From Bacteroidota bacterium (GTDB taxonomy: Bacteria > Bacteroidota > Ignavibacteria > UBA10030), in assembly GCA_035390885.1 (NCBI GenBank), contig DAOOUW010000003.1:1432-65431 (forward strand): a DNA stretch of 64,000 nt, in the 5' to 3' direction. This document shows positions 18,388-28,134 of this stretch, one piece after another. Made by a program: the position numbers and the translations under genes. Position 1 is the first letter of the stretch; the number at the start of each line of letters is the position of its first letter. A model generated the notes under the pieces. The model made no database searches and was not told the DNA's origin. It worked only from the letters and a program-made list of their open reading frames with translations.

Positions 18388-20016
18388 TTATTTTAATAAG
18401 ATCATCGTTTTGGAAATTTTTCTTTCTTCTATTTGTAGCTCATATACATAGAATCCAGACGGCAAGGTTTTACCATCAAAAGTAGCTGTATTCTTGCCAG
18501 CTGGACGCATTCCTTCTACCAATGTTCTCACCTGCTGTCCAAGAACGTTGTAGACTTTAAGTGCAACAAATGCCGAATGCGGTAACTCAAATTCAATTGT
18601 TGTTGTAGGATTGAATGGGTTTGGAAAATTTTGTGCAAGATTAACTTTTTCCGGATATCCGCTCTGAGTTAAATTCCCAACGCTCGTTAATGTGCTTTCT
18701 CCAACAAGACCATTGAGATATTCTTCCAGCATGGTATATCCTGCAGAAGAAATTGTATTGCGATCTGTTGAATCATTTGGATTGAGTCCATGAGCTCGTT
18801 CCCATTCATCTGGCATTCCGTCTTTGTCGCTATCTGTTGGCGCAGGGGCGCTTGCCAGTAAAGGCCAGCCGCCTTCAGGTTGGCTATCCAGTGAATCAAT
18901 AGAATGTCCCGTTCGATTGAGTACATCGCTGATAATTCTTCGATCTATTGTATCTCGTTTTGGAAAACTTGCTCCAGCGCTTGCAAGCACATCATCGAAC
19001 GCTTGTTGCGGTGAGGTAGTAGTGACGGGTTCCATCGGAATAAGCGCTGAACGAGCTTTATAGGCGTTCTTTCGTTCTGTTGTAAATTTACTCCCCCATT
19101 GTACTAAACTCCATTGATCAGCAGGAATATTCCCGTTGTACATATTGTCTGCAAAATAGGCATAGGCTCTGTAAGCATCCTCTTTGAATGCTATTCCTGA
19201 AACGCTCGATTCGGTACCGGGTATATAAACATTACCGATAAAATTATAATGGCTTATCGAAGCTGTGTCGGCATTGTATCCCGGGGAAGTACCTTTCCAA
19301 TTATAAACAACATTATTTCTGAAATCGAAATACAATCCTATCGTATCCGTTGGATAATTGGTGTAATTCCCGGGACGTGGAAGACGATTATTGTTATGTG
19401 CATAGAGATTATGATGATAAGTTTTCTGATCGCCATAATCGCCTCTTACCAGCGAACCATAACTATGACTCTCAAAAGTCAAGGCTTCACTAATCAGACA
19501 CCATTGCACTGTAACTTTATCAGATTTTTCCTGGCAAGAAATTCCTTCATCACGCGCATAGGATGCTGTTACATGATCAACAATGATGTTAGAGCCACTT
19601 TCTATATCAACGGCATCACCTGAAGAATTGGCAGCGCCAGCGTCAACTCGAACACGAATGTACCGAATTACCACGTTCGAGGCGCTAATTTGGATCCGAC
19701 CTTTAAGACAAATACCATCGCCGGGTGCTGTTTGACCCGCAATGGTTGTATTCGATTTTGGTTTTAAGATAACGCTACCGAGTGAAATTGTACCGGATAC
19801 TTGAAATACAATTGTACGATTTCCTTGACTCACGGCATCGACGATCGAACCAGCCCCACTGTTATTCAAATTGGTTACGATATACACGTTCCCACCGCGT
19901 CCGCCCGTTGCAAACCTTCCGCTTCCCTCCGCAGAAGGAAATGCGACTTGTTGAGAGTAAAGATGTACAAAAAGGAACATTATAAGACAGCTTATCTTAA
20001 GGAATAATTTCTCCAT
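18388..20016 (-). CDS. Pectate lyase (PL1-like) with Ca-binding TSP3-like linker and T9SS C-terminal domain
   Basis: FPSAEGSGRFATGGRGGNVYIVTNLNNSGAGS, DAVDIESGSNIIVDHVTASYARDEG and NNRLPRPG. The linker is DSDKDGMPDEWE. The CTD is LAQNFPNPFNPTTTIEFEL...GFYVYELQ. Confidence 0.85.
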   Translation of the reverse strand: MEKLFLKISCLIMFLFVHLYSQQVAFPSAEGSGRFATGGRGGNVYIVTNLNNSGAGSIVDAVSQGNRTIVFQVSGTISLGSVILKPKSNTTIAGQTAPGDGICLKGRIQISASNVVIRYIRVRVDAGAANSSGDAVDIESGSNIIVDHVTASYARDEGISCQEKSDKVTVQWCLISEALTFESHSYGSLVRGDYGDQKTYHHNLYAHNNNRLPRPGNYTNYPTDTIGLYFDFRNNVVYNWKGTSPGYNADTASISHYNFIGNVYIPGTESSVSGIAFKEDAYRAYAYFADNMYNGNIPADQWSLVQWGSKFTTERKNAYKARSALIPMEPVTTTSPQQAFDDVLASAGASFPKRDTIDRRIISDVLNRTGHSIDSLDSQPEGGWPLLASAPAPTDSDKDGMPDEWERAHGLNPNDSTDRNTISSAGYTMLEEYLNGLVGESTLTSVGNLTQSGYPEKVNLAQNFPNPFNPTTTIEFELPHSAFVALKVYNVLGQQVRTLVEGMRPAGKNTATFDGKTLPSGFYVYELQIEERKISKTMILLK

Positions 20017-20081
20017 CGCTTGCTCGCTTTCCTGACTGAACTTAAAATATACAATGAGTTACTATGAAGCTATTGGCTACA

Positions 20082-21356
20082 TCACCGAATGGTAAAATGC
20101 CACAGCGTTCCCGGAATTGTATCGGTTGGCGTAATTTCATCAACTCGCCAATAGTACGTTGTATGAGGCTCGAGTTTCTCAGTATTAAAAACTGGAACAT
20201 CTTGCTCGTCAATAAAATTAAGCGCCGGTGGTTTGATGGAATATTTGGGAGCTTTACCTAAATATATCCGAAACGATTTTGCATTCCTCGATGGAAGCCA
20301 GCGAAGTTGTACCTGAGATTGCGAAAGATATACTCCATTACGAGGCGAGGGCATAGAAACAAAGGGAAGCGCCCGAGGCAATGAATTTTCTGGATCCCAT
20401 TGACCATCGAAAGTCCATTTTGCTGTTACGTCTTCTGGTTTTGGTGAACCTTCGGCAGCGCTAAGATTATCAGCAAACCAATCAAAATCTCCGCCAATTC
20501 TATGGCAATTGTAATAATAATGACGTGCGCCCCATTTCCATGGTCCGCTGGTCGTTGTCGGTGGATAGTAAATTGGAATGTCTGCCATTGTATTTGAAAA
20601 AATACAATCGAGCAAATAAATTTGCCCATCACGATGATTTCTGCCGAGAGGAAAGTTTGGCACTCCATCAAAGTATGAGTACCGTATCACAAACTTCTGC
20701 TTCTTGTTCGCACTTCCATCGTGCCAAATTGATGCGCTCAAGTTATGACCGTAAAACCGAGAATCGGTTATGTAGCACCATCCGCGTGGACAGACATAAT
20801 CGACCCATCCTTCAAAATAACAATTCGCATGATAATACATTCCATCTTTTCTATTCCAGAGGCTCACTGTATCTGCTCCATCCGCAATGACGTTACAATT
20901 GAGAAGAATGATTCGTGTACCATTTCCGTAAATTGCAAACTGATGATCGTGGATGCCGTGCAGCGCGCCATAATTATTGTAGATGGTTAAATTTGCAAAT
21001 GTAAGATCGTGGACAGAAGAATCAATATTCACTACAGCGCAGCCAAAATCATCATTTCCATGTTCTTTGCTCCATTCGCTTCGAAGCTGAGCAAATACTA
21101 TCCGGGTACTATCTCTATCTTCTCCAACAATGGCAATATTGCTCTTCTTTATCAGAAGCTTTTCGTTATATGTACCATTCTTTACAAGAATAACAATTAG
21201 ATTCTCATGCTGTTGAGGCGCTGCATCTAACGCTTGTTGAATCGAAGTATACTGACCGCTTCCATCTTTTGCTACAATGATATCCGCACGTTCATAGCCC
21301 ATTGCACAATTCATTAGCAATAAGCACATGAAAACCAACTTCCATAATGGTTTCAT
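20082..21356 (-). CDS. Pectin methylesterase (CE8-like, divergent) with C-terminal Ig/Fn3-like domain
   Basis: IIVAKDGSGQYTSIQQALDAAP is the classic CE8 N-terminal motif. QFAIYGNG, ADGADTVSLW and VDYVCPRGW sit where QAVAL, QDTL and DFIFG are expected. Signal peptide present. Confidence 0.7.
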   Translation of the reverse strand: MKPLWKLVFMCLLLMNCAMGYERADIIVAKDGSGQYTSIQQALDAAPQQHENLIVILVKNGTYNEKLLIKKSNIAIVGEDRDSTRIVFAQLRSEWSKEHGNDDFGCAVVNIDSSVHDLTFANLTIYNNYGALHGIHDHQFAIYGNGTRIILLNCNVIADGADTVSLWNRKDGMYYHANCYFEGWVDYVCPRGWCYITDSRFYGHNLSASIWHDGSANKKQKFVIRYSYFDGVPNFPLGRNHRDGQIYLLDCIFSNTMADIPIYYPPTTTSGPWKWGARHYYYNCHRIGGDFDWFADNLSAAEGSPKPEDVTAKWTFDGQWDPENSLPRALPFVSMPSPRNGVYLSQSQVQLRWLPSRNAKSFRIYLGKAPKYSIKPPALNFIDEQDVPVFNTEKLEPHTTYYWRVDEITPTDTIPGTLWHFTIR

Positions 21357-21428
21357 AACATTCTATAACCTTTCTCCACCCTAAACTTTAATACTATCGC
21401 ACTAAACCATGGCGCTTCATAAATTTTA

Positions 21429-23078
21429 TTATTTGATAATGATCGCTTCGTTCGTTGCTCCATTTGTAACTTCGAAAGCCTTCTTTGCGTTTTTTGCATC
21501 TTGTTGTGAAATACGAATATCTCTGGTTCCGGTTCCCTCTGCTCGGACATAAAGACTCGTTCCTTCCGGGAATGAAATCTTTTGAGCGTCAACTCCTTGT
21601 ACATTTCGCACCGTCAGAACAGGAGATTGTTTAAATCGAAGATCAATATTCGTGAATTGAATATTCTGTGCATCTTGCAAAATAATTGCACGATCGGCTA
21701 TGAGTGTAGCATTCGTTAGAGCGATGTGGTTCACTGGACGATCGACAAGTCCCTCCATTCGTACTCCGATTGATGCTCCATCGCAACGAATATTATTCAT
21801 CGTAATGTTACGGAACTCTGGCACTCTGGACTTATCGCTAACATCCACCGTAGTATCGCCGCCGTACGACATATCAAACAGTATTGCTTCTTTCGAAATA
21901 TCTTTCATCCATACTCCATCAATGACAATGTTTTCAACAAGTCCGCCTCGACCTCGCGCCGACTTGAAGCGTAATCCAACATCAGTCCAGATGCACGTAA
22001 GATTTCGAACATTGATGTTCCTTGCATTTCCATACGACTCGCTCCCTATGACAAATCCTCCGTGAGCATGGTACACGATGCAGTCTGCGATAATAATATT
22101 TTCACAGGCAGGTAAGTCTTTTGTTTTACGATTTGGCACACCAGGCTTTACACAAATTCCATCATCTCCTGCGTTTACTACGTTATTGTACACAAGTACA
22201 TTTCTGCACGATGATAAATCGATTCCATCGCCATTCTGCGCCCACCATTCATTATTGAGCGACATATTCCGAATAATAACATCCGAACATTGTGTAGGGT
22301 GGACTGTAAACTTTGGTGAATTAACAAACACCGGTCCATCGATAAGAATTGTTGAACAGTCATAGAACACAAGCAAGTCTGGTCTTACGTATTCTTTCGT
22401 AGCAACATAATCAGCTGAATCTAATTTTTTCTTTTGAGCTCGAAGATTCTCAAGATACTTAGGAGCATCGAGTGCAGCTTGCGATGGCATCCATAATGTT
22501 CCATCTTTACTTACTGCTCCTCCTGACTCCACAAGTTTTTTCCACTGATTGGGTGGCAGTTTCTCTTTTTTCACAGGATGCCAGTATTGTCCATTTCCAT
22601 TGAACACGCCTTTTCCTGTAATTGCAATATTATTCAATTGTTCACCGTAGATTAAGGACATTCGAGAGTACGATGAGCTTCCTGCTCTTCGAATAAAAGG
22701 CGTATCATCGATGTTCGGTGAGAATACCACAACAGCGCCTTGTTCCAGATGCAGATCGACATTGCTCTTCATCAATATTGGACCTGTCAGCCACAATCCC
22801 GGAGGAATGATGACTCTTCCACCGCCTTTTTTGGCAATGGCTTCGATAGCATTATTGATAGCCGCAGTGTTCATCGCAATTCCATCGCCGACTGCGCCAT
22901 AATCTGTAATTGACACTGTTACATTTGGAATTTGTGGTAACGGCGCTTTTGGCATATCAAAATTTAATTTTTCATAATAACGATCAGGAACTTGCTCATA
23001 CGGAATAAATCCCTGAGCATTGCAAAATAAAAATGGCGCTACTATTGCAATAAGTAGAGCTTTATTGAGTCTCTTCAT
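21429..23078 (-). CDS. GH28 polygalacturonase, secreted
   Basis: NGDGIDLSSC, AGDDGICVK, HGGFVIGSE and RFKSARGRGG are GH28 signature blocks. Signal peptide MKRLNKALLIAIVAPFLFCNAQG. Start placed at ATG 23078. Confidence 0.9.
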   Translation of the reverse strand: MKRLNKALLIAIVAPFLFCNAQGFIPYEQVPDRYYEKLNFDMPKAPLPQIPNVTVSITDYGAVGDGIAMNTAAINNAIEAIAKKGGGRVIIPPGLWLTGPILMKSNVDLHLEQGAVVVFSPNIDDTPFIRRAGSSSYSRMSLIYGEQLNNIAITGKGVFNGNGQYWHPVKKEKLPPNQWKKLVESGGAVSKDGTLWMPSQAALDAPKYLENLRAQKKKLDSADYVATKEYVRPDLLVFYDCSTILIDGPVFVNSPKFTVHPTQCSDVIIRNMSLNNEWWAQNGDGIDLSSCRNVLVYNNVVNAGDDGICVKPGVPNRKTKDLPACENIIIADCIVYHAHGGFVIGSESYGNARNINVRNLTCIWTDVGLRFKSARGRGGLVENIVIDGVWMKDISKEAILFDMSYGGDTTVDVSDKSRVPEFRNITMNNIRCDGASIGVRMEGLVDRPVNHIALTNATLIADRAIILQDAQNIQFTNIDLRFKQSPVLTVRNVQGVDAQKISFPEGTSLYVRAEGTGTRDIRISQQDAKNAKKAFEVTNGATNEAIIIK

Positions 23079-23170
23079 TTTATTTCCTTTCACCAATAAT
23101 GACAGATTACACACGCACTAACAAATCAAAATCGATAATATGCTCAATGCTTAAAAATGCAATTCGCCGC

Positions 23171-24697
23171 TTAATATATTTTTGGCGCTTCGCTTAACAA
23201 CCATCGAAACATGGCAACCCCAGCATCCCAGTTTTCATATCCCTCCGGCAATCGCCGATTGTCGAAATATTCATTATAGAGCCATGGATCGCCAACGGCA
23301 ACAACACATCCTTTTCCATATCGAGCGGTTGCCATCACTATAATACCATTTGCGGTCAATAATGGTTTTGCCGGCGGTTGTGTTTTCAACGATGAAACTT
23401 CTTTGATAAAAATATGATCGACACCCTTGAACGCAGGATGTTTCGGAAATTTTGTTATCCTTCCCATATCATAATTATCGTTCTTCACCATAAAGTTATT
23501 ATCTTCGTTGAAATGAATTCCGAACTCAGTTGCAAGTTTATTAAGATGCTCGAATTCACAATTCCCATTATCATTCGCTAACAAAACAAGCCTACCGCCT
23601 TGTTCCACCCATCGTTTAATAACTGCAATATCAGCGTCAGAAATTATATGTGGTTCTTTCGTCTCCTTCGGCGTATCTGGATCAACAATGATGTAAACAC
23701 TAAAATGCCTTAGCACAGAATCAGTTGGAGGAGATTGTAGCGTGTCGAGATCTGCGCCCAGCCAATCGATAACACGACCCAACTGGGAGAATCCACTATT
23801 CGTGGTGTCTTCCCAGATATAGTGATATCGCTCAAGTGAATCTTTTCCTTTTACTGGTCTCCATTCATTATTGAAGTAATAGTCTAAGCCAACTACTTTT
23901 CCAGCGCCAACAAACGGTGAAGCTGGAAGCTCGACGAGCTCCTTTGCTAATGGCAATTTAAGTTCTTTGATCCCATCTACTACAATTTGCGCCATTTGGA
24001 AAGCGCCAGTTCTTGTAAAATGCGTATGATCTTTCTTTTTATTCCAATTCCTGAATTGACCATCCTGAACGCCTGCAAGATATAACGGCCGAGATTTTAC
24101 TTCGCCTAATCCTCCAACGAGTTCCTTTGATTTTTCAAATACATCGATCAGAGGCGCGTTTTCTTCAGTGGCAACTTCTTTCATTGCAGCAGGATAATCA
24201 TAATGCGTTGCTATAAATTCTCCTTTTTCATTAAAATCATGTCGTATAACCGGCGTCAGCAAAATAGGAATGGCTTGTTTTTCACGAGACTCTCGAATAA
24301 ACTTTCTCAGGTTTTCTTTGTAATCTGGTCTCGCTGGCGCATACCGATTTGGGTCTTCCTTCTTTGCATCGTTATGCCCAAATTGAATAAAGACATAATC
24401 GCCAGGCTGCAACTGGTCGTAGATTACCTGCCATCTGCCTTCATCAATAAAACTTTTTGTACTCCTGCCATTGCGTGCATGGTTGTACACGGTAACGTTC
24501 TTAGAAAAAAACATCGGGAATATCTGTCCCCATCCATGCTCTGGATTATCAACTAATGGTTTGTCAGCCATCGTTGAATCGCCGATAAGGAATATACGGA
24601 TATGATTTTTTTGTGGAGCTTGAGCGACAAACGCACAAAGGAGTGAAATAAGCAGCACGCTGAGGATAATTGATTTTATATTCGGTATTCTATTCAT
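23171..24697 (-). CDS. SGNH/GDSL esterase (CE12 rhamnogalacturonan acetylesterase-like) fused to a ~250-aa C-terminal domain of unknown function
   Basis: IFLIGDSTMADK is the SGNH block I. Also GWGQ, QFGHND and DHTHFT. Start at ATG 24697, preceded by GGAGGAAATT. The C-terminal half (YYFNNEWRP... to the end) is a separate domain. Confidence 0.75.
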   Translation of the reverse strand: MNRIPNIKSIILSVLLISLLCAFVAQAPQKNHIRIFLIGDSTMADKPLVDNPEHGWGQIFPMFFSKNVTVYNHARNGRSTKSFIDEGRWQVIYDQLQPGDYVFIQFGHNDAKKEDPNRYAPARPDYKENLRKFIRESREKQAIPILLTPVIRHDFNEKGEFIATHYDYPAAMKEVATEENAPLIDVFEKSKELVGGLGEVKSRPLYLAGVQDGQFRNWNKKKDHTHFTRTGAFQMAQIVVDGIKELKLPLAKELVELPASPFVGAGKVVGLDYYFNNEWRPVKGKDSLERYHYIWEDTTNSGFSQLGRVIDWLGADLDTLQSPPTDSVLRHFSVYIIVDPDTPKETKEPHIISDADIAVIKRWVEQGGRLVLLANDNGNCEFEHLNKLATEFGIHFNEDNNFMVKNDNYDMGRITKFPKHPAFKGVDHIFIKEVSSLKTQPPAKPLLTANGIIVMATARYGKGCVVAVGDPWLYNEYFDNRRLPEGYENWDAGVAMFRWLLSEAPKIY

Positions 24698-24731
24698 AAT
24701 TTCCTCCAATCTACATTAGTTCTAATTACAC

Positions 24732-24757
24732 AAAACGCACCTCAAAGGGTGCGTTTT
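24732..24757 (-). terminator. Perfect 10-bp hairpin, bidirectional terminator candidate separating the transport genes from the CAZyme genes
   Basis: AAAACGCACC (24732-24741), loop TCAAAG, GGTGCGTTTT (24748-24757). The A and T runs are on either side, and it lies between the stop at 24785 and the start at 24697. Confidence 0.7.
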
Positions 24758-24784
24758 GAATGGAAATATAAATTGAATTTGAGG

Positions 24785-25441
24785 TTAGAAGGTTCCACGG
24801 AAACCTACTGTCAATGGAATATAGTAAAGCGTTCCGCCATCTGTGTTGGCGACATCAACGCCAACCTGAATAAACATTGCAGAGTTTTCACCGCCAATAA
24901 TATCAACGCCAACCGCTGCCGTTCCGCAGGCCACATTGCTATTTTTAAATGATGCAACATAGTTTGAGTTGGCATCTATAAGCACATAAATTTTATCGCT
25001 TGCGAGATTCATAATACCAGCGCTGGCGGTAACATAAGGATATACTTTTTCGATTGGTTCATACGGGAAACGATACCGAGCGCCAACATATGCAGCTACA
25101 GTGTTAAATTCAGCATCCTGAACATACGTGCCTGAAGGTAAATGCAATTGCTTTAATACCATACTTTTATTGATAGAAAATGAGCTATAGCTGACCTTCA
25201 AATGTCCTGTCAATTCAGGAAGAAATGCATACTCGAATCCTGCTGTAAGATTGAATCCATTGTTCCAACAATCATTGAATTTATAAAGCGTTGTCGTGTT
25301 AAAATATTTCGACATTGCATTATCGCTGAATGGTACCGATAACCCGCCTCCAAGCGTCAACGATACATTTTTAAACGTTGACTGAGAAAACGCGAAGGCA
25401 GGAAGAATTATTAACGATAGAAGAATAACTAATTTTCTCAT
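24785..25441 (-). CDS. Small outer-membrane beta-barrel protein (OmpW/porin-family-like)
   Basis: Signal peptide MRKLVILLSLIILPAFAFSQ, alternating hydrophobic beta-strand pattern, C-terminal ...VGFRGTF. Confidence 0.65.
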   Translation of the reverse strand: MRKLVILLSLIILPAFAFSQSTFKNVSLTLGGGLSVPFSDNAMSKYFNTTTLYKFNDCWNNGFNLTAGFEYAFLPELTGHLKVSYSSFSINKSMVLKQLHLPSGTYVQDAEFNTVAAYVGARYRFPYEPIEKVYPYVTASAGIMNLASDKIYVLIDANSNYVASFKNSNVACGTAAVGVDIIGGENSAMFIQVGVDVANTDGGTLYYIPLTVGFRGTF

Positions 25442-25501
25442 AGAATAACTTCCTTCTTAATTAATGAAGATCATTTCCCAAACAATTGATATTTATTGTA
25501 A

Positions 25502-27088
25502 TCATTCCCAAAAAGTTGGTATTATATACGATACACTTACTATCAAATTCTGAACAATTTTCTTATTGACGCTTGCTGAGTTAGACCATGTATCTGTATA
25601 TCGTCTATCAGAATATTCATACGCAACATTGAGTGTTGCACCAAAACCTGAAACACCTAAACCAATGGAGTAAACAGGGTATCGAACACTTTTTCCTCGC
25701 AAAGGATTAGTCGCCGGTTGAAATACATCCCCAATCTCACTAACGCCTGCGCGCAGAGACATCCATTTTACAGGTGCATACTCTGCACCAATCTTTATTA
25801 CCGAGTAAGAAAGCCATGGATTGGTATCGGAAACATCGTTATTATAGGTTGCCGACTCATAAGGAAGTATTTCGTATTCAAATCCAAGGACAATGTTTTT
25901 TCTTAAAGCAGCGGAAATACCAATGGAGCCACTAAATGGCAATTTCATCTTATCTTTCCCATGAATAGAGGTATTAGTTACCGCATGGGCTGAATCAATC
26001 TTGCCATTGTTATATGATGTAATTGTAGAATCTTTCCATAATGTATAAGAATAATCACGTGTAATTGTGGTAGGAGGTTTTAAGGTAAATCCAACAGTGA
26101 GAAATGGAGATTTATATGTGCTGCTAATGGTAAAATCGTACCCCGAATAGGTTGATTTTCCGACCTTTCTCCAACTTGTCATTCCGACCTTATCTAATCG
26201 AATAGAGCTGTAATAAAATAACGCTCTACCTCTACCCACACACACTTCCTCGTCATCTGTTTCTCCATCTAGATACATTCCACTTATTCCCACTGAAAAT
26301 TTTGGCGAAATCTCTATTGAAATTGCGCCGCCATATCCATAGATAGAGCCATTTCTATATTGAGAATATTGATACCATTGAACCGGCAATGGTCGTTTTG
26401 TTGGTGTTGCAGTAGAATCGGCTGTTGGCAATAAGCTCATTTGCCATTGGCTTATCCCATGCGCAACATCAAGAACGTTTGGAGAAAGCGTGTTATTATT
26501 TTGGTAAAACCAATTCAAGTTTGCATATTCGACAGCCCCAATTCCAACAACAATGTGATAATTGGCAAGTTTGAACGGCGCAGTAATAAATGCTTGCAAA
26601 GGAAGTGAAACATTCTTCGACCTATCCCAATTTGGCATTATAGTATCAAAAGGCCTTTGAATTGAATCTGCTTGAGTCGGTGTTTTCCCTTTTTGGATGA
26701 GAGAATCATAATAAGCGCTTGGTCGATCAGGAATTTTTGTCCGATCCAATAACGTTCCATCCAAAAGCAACATAAATTGTTCATGAGATTGCAATGTACC
26801 ATAATGCTTTTCTTGCTTTTGATCAATGTACTGTTGATAACCGCCCAGTGAAATTTGCAAACCCTTGACCGTAGTTAATAATGCCGGGCTTTGAAACATA
26901 ATCGATGGATCGTTTTGAATTCCAAACAAGATTCCACCAGCTCCACGTGACACTACTGACTGATTTGTCCTGTAATTCAAACCCTGCATTTGAAGAGCTG
27001 TTCCTTCTTGAGCCATTATATCTTCATTGCTTATAAGTATATTGGCCACAATAATTATCAGCGTAAAAATATAATTATTCCGTTTCAT
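25502..27088 (-). CDS. Outer-membrane beta-barrel protein, FadL/PorV-superfamily-like
   Basis: Signal peptide ending in ...IMAQEG and amphipathic beta pattern throughout. Its start overlaps the upstream stop (TAATG at 27086-27090). Confidence 0.55.
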   Translation of the reverse strand: MKRNNYIFTLIIIVANILISNEDIMAQEGTALQMQGLNYRTNQSVVSRGAGGILFGIQNDPSIMFQSPALLTTVKGLQISLGGYQQYIDQKQEKHYGTLQSHEQFMLLLDGTLLDRTKIPDRPSAYYDSLIQKGKTPTQADSIQRPFDTIMPNWDRSKNVSLPLQAFITAPFKLANYHIVVGIGAVEYANLNWFYQNNNTLSPNVLDVAHGISQWQMSLLPTADSTATPTKRPLPVQWYQYSQYRNGSIYGYGGAISIEISPKFSVGISGMYLDGETDDEEVCVGRGRALFYYSSIRLDKVGMTSWRKVGKSTYSGYDFTISSTYKSPFLTVGFTLKPPTTITRDYSYTLWKDSTITSYNNGKIDSAHAVTNTSIHGKDKMKLPFSGSIGISAALRKNIVLGFEYEILPYESATYNNDVSDTNPWLSYSVIKIGAEYAPVKWMSLRAGVSEIGDVFQPATNPLRGKSVRYPVYSIGLGVSGFGATLNVAYEYSDRRYTDTWSNSASVNKKIVQNLIVSVSYIIPTFWE

Positions 27089-28116
27089 TAGAATCCCACT
27101 CCTAAGCTAATTCGTTGGACATTCCCAAGGTGATACTTTAGACTTGCAAAGCTATAGTCAAACGCTAAGCGCATACCTCCAATATCTTGCTTCAAACCCA
27201 ATCCTGCAGTTAATCCTTCTGCATCATAATTGAATTTATACCCGCATCGTAACGCAACAAGCTTTGAAAATTCATATTCCAAACCTACATGTATTTGTTG
27301 ATCATAATCATTTGGATGTATGAGGTCGAATTCAACCCCCATTCTATTCTTCTCATTTTTTAACAACAACGCATCGGGTCCTATGAAGTTTGCGGCAATT
27401 CCTATACGGAAAATCATTGGCGTTGGGTGATTTTCTTTTGCATATTTAATATTTGGACCAAAATTCTGCACTGATGCTGCAAGTTCTATAGATCGAAACC
27501 CAGTTAAATAATGAATACCGTAATCAAATAACACATCTTCACCCCATGTTTTTACCTTAGCAGTATCAGAAGCATCACTTACAACTACAATTTCATCCTT
27601 ATCATAAAGCGATTCTCTTGCATACTTAACGCCAAGGCCAGTTGAAAACTTATCGGTAATCTTGGTAGCGTAACTGATGCCAACGACGTAACTATAGGGG
27701 CGGAACGTCCTCCCGGTTAATCCCGGTGTATTTAAGTCGTTTTTATATGGATCCCCCCATACTGCTTCCTCAATCTCACCATAATCAATATACTGCAACT
27801 GAATACCAAGTGAACCGAAACCTCGGAAGGAGCGTGATATCGACATCGCCCCTTGTTGGGTATCGAAAATCCATTGGAGATAGGTCATGGACAACTCTGT
27901 CCCTTGAGTATAAGCCACGCCAGCGGGGTTCCAAAAGATTGCTTCTGCACCTCTTCCCAAGACAGTATATGCATCACCCATTGCATTTGCTCTAGCGACA
28001 GGCATAACTTTAAAAAACTGCATTGATGTACTGCCAACCTTCTGTGCCATCATACAAGTAGAGGTAATAATGGTGAGGGCAATAAGTGCGATAAATAATT
28101 GTGATCTCTTCTTCAT
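27088..28116 (-). CDS. PorV/PorQ-family-like outer-membrane protein
   Basis: The mature N-terminus GSTSMQFFKVMPVARANAMGDAYTV..GAEAIFWNPAG resembles PorV/PorQ (T9SS shuttle) family openings. The C-terminus ...ISLGVGF is typical of OM barrels. Confidence 0.6.
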   Translation of the reverse strand: MKKRSQLFIALIALTIITSTCMMAQKVGSTSMQFFKVMPVARANAMGDAYTVLGRGAEAIFWNPAGVAYTQGTELSMTYLQWIFDTQQGAMSISRSFRGFGSLGIQLQYIDYGEIEEAVWGDPYKNDLNTPGLTGRTFRPYSYVVGISYATKITDKFSTGLGVKYARESLYDKDEIVVVSDASDTAKVKTWGEDVLFDYGIHYLTGFRSIELAASVQNFGPNIKYAKENHPTPMIFRIGIAANFIGPDALLLKNEKNRMGVEFDLIHPNDYDQQIHVGLEYEFSKLVALRCGYKFNYDAEGLTAGLGLKQDIGGMRLAFDYSFASLKYHLGNVQRISLGVGF

Positions 28117-28134
28117 TGCTTTTTCATCCTTCCA

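Noticed and set aside
21353-21604. 83-aa minus-strand ORF overlapping the 3' end of the GH28 gene
   Set aside because: It lies in an alternative frame of a well-supported GH28 gene. It has a basic low-complexity sequence and no SD.
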